Of a stretch of DNA of 64,000 nt, positions 62,004 through 64,000 are shown piece by piece. The position numbers and the translations under genes are program-made. Under the pieces are notes generated by a model that saw only the letters and a program-made list of their open reading frames with translations, did not search any database and was not told the DNA's origin. Location: positions 68,375,351 to 68,439,350 of the forward strand of contig NC_068984.1 in NCBI RefSeq assembly GCF_001194135.2. Direction: 5' to 3'. This DNA is from Octopus bimaculoides. Taxonomy: Eukaryota. Each line of letters starts with the position of its first letter. The stretch's first letter is position 1.

Positions 62004-62504
62004 TAAAGTGGAGATGCGTGGCTGTATTCGAGGCATTGAAAAGCTGTTCAACCTTAGGAAATGTTACTTTGCTTTGAAACAAGTGAAAGTTAGCAACAGG
62101 AAGAGCATCCAGCCATAGAAAATCTGCCTCAATGATTTCCATCTGACCTGTGCAAGCATGGAAAAGTGGGCAGCATAAAAAACATTGGTGATGATAAAAG
62201 ATGTGTGTATTCCAGCTAATATATTTATATATTTATATAAGTCATAGATACGAGTGTGTGAATAGTTATCTGTGCATATGTGAGTGTGTATGCATGTTTG
62301 TATGTTTGTGTGTGTGTTATGTGTGTGCATATTTATATGTGTGTGTATATATGCATTATGTGGGTGTATGTCTGTGCATGATAACGCTATTTGTAAATTA
62401 CAATTAGTTCATGTATGAACAAATATGAATCACTATATGTCAGCATACAGAGATATAAAAAGGAGATGGGCCACATAAATTCATACAACTGATAATGGCA
62501 GAAA

Positions 62505-62530
62505 AAGTAATAATAATAATAATAATAATG

Positions 62531-62582
<52 letters not shown>

Positions 62583-62650
62583 TAATAATAATAATAATAA
62601 AAATAATAATAATAAAAATAATAATAATAAAATTAATAATAATAATAATG
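62505..62650. repeat. (AAT)n microsatellite
   Basis: Direct reading; source of the poly-Ile ORFs. Confidence 0.95.
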
Positions 62651-63953
62651 ATCATAAACAAGAGTATGGTTACTAATGATCATCATTATAGTAAGAATGA
62701 TGAGGAGGAGGCTGTTTATGATAATGATGGTGATGTGATGATGGTATTCATTGTGATGGTGATGGTGATGGAAAAAGAAAAACAAGAACAGAAGAAGAAA
62801 TGAGATAGATAATATAAATGTGTTTAAAAATAATTCTTTCATCTGTGCAGTTTACATTGATAGCTTACAGATGTTTCATCAATTCCCACTACTTTAAGTG
62901 TCTATACATACATACATGCATACATACATACATATATATATATATATANNNNNNNNNNNNNNNNNNNNNNNNNNNNNNNNNNNNNNNNNNNNNNNNNNNN
63001 NNNNNNNNNNNNNNNNNNNNNNNNNNNNNNNNNNNNNNNNNNNNNNNNNNNNNNNNNNNNNNNNNNNNNNNNNNNNNNNNNNNNNNNNNNNNNNNNNNNN
63101 NNNNNNNNNNNNNNNNNNNNNNNNNNNNNNNNNNNNNNNNNNNNNNNNNNNNNNNNNNNNNNNNNNNNNNNNNNNNNNNNNNNNNNNNNNNNNNNNNNNN
63201 NNNNNNNNNNNNNNNNNNNNNNNNNNNNNNNNNNNNNNNNNNNNNNNNNNNNNNNNNNNNNNNNNNNNNNNNNNNNNNNNNNNNNNNNNNNNNNNNNNNN
63301 NNNNNNNNNNNNNNNNNNNNNNNNNNNNNNNNNNNNNNNNNNNNNNNNNNNNNNNNNNNNNNNNNNNNNNNNNNNNNNNNNNNNNNNNNNNNNNNNNNNN
63401 NNNNNNNNNTATATATATATATATATGTTTCTCTGTGTGTGTATGTGTTTGTGCATGCATATGTTTGCATTTGAAGATGTAGCATATGGTATGGTATACG
63501 TGTGTTTGTTCTTAATAGTGTCTGTTTTTATTCCAAATTAGAAAGTGTTGGCAACAATGAGTAGCAATTGCTCCTCCAAAAGGAATATACTACGTTATCT
63601 GATTTTTGCATGACTGAACTGCTTGCTTAGTCAAGTTCTGTTAGAATTCTCACATTAAATCATTACGTACACTTGTCAGCCAGTTGGCTAAAAGTATTCA
63701 TTTCTTTGTATAAATTTATGCTCGTAATATGATAAAGAAAGAATGGTCTGCATATGAATCAGCAATGCATGTGAATTAATCCAGTGGTATGTTAGTCTAC
63801 CCACCCAAGCATTATTTCTCAAAGCTAAAAAAAAAAAAGAAAAGAAAAAGACATGTGTGAAAATGAACCAAGTAAATAACAGCTAAACATTTTTCTTATT
63901 GTCTTTTTCCTCAGCTGTCTCCCTCTCCATATAAATGTGTATATATATTTATA

Positions 63954-64000
<47 letters not shown>

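Overview
AT-rich, microsatellite-dense eukaryotic DNA from a draft assembly with many N gaps. The repeat content (tRNA-headed SINEs, RTE 3' ends ending in (GAT)n, dense TA/CA/AAT/CAA repeats) suggests an octopus or other coleoid cephalopod; this is inference, not proven. I find no recognisable host protein-coding gene, rRNA, true tRNA or CRISPR array, and nearly all long ORFs in the track are microsatellite or N-gap artefacts. The window is intergenic or deep-intronic and holds decayed mobile DNA: four mariner-type remnants, a DD37D/maT-type Tc1/mariner, two small MITEs, RTE LINE pieces, three separate L1/Tx1-like pieces (ORF1+EN, RT, C-terminal CCHC), two restriction-like-endonuclease (R4/Dong-type) LINE ends, and dozens of SINEs from four families I label A-D (my labels). 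The most interesting unexplained structures are a ~134-bp-arm palindrome at 44.0-44.3 kb whose arms each carry a minimal type I hammerhead-ribozyme motif (Penelope-like), a second ~210-bp-arm palindrome 550 bp upstream, and a double-hairpin array at 32.1-32.7 kb. Also notable are two insertions of one SINE subfamily at the same site inside another SINE, and a templated insertion that splits a Tx1 RT. Nothing here demonstrates a new biological system; these are leads to test. Coordinates were read by eye and most ends are approximate.
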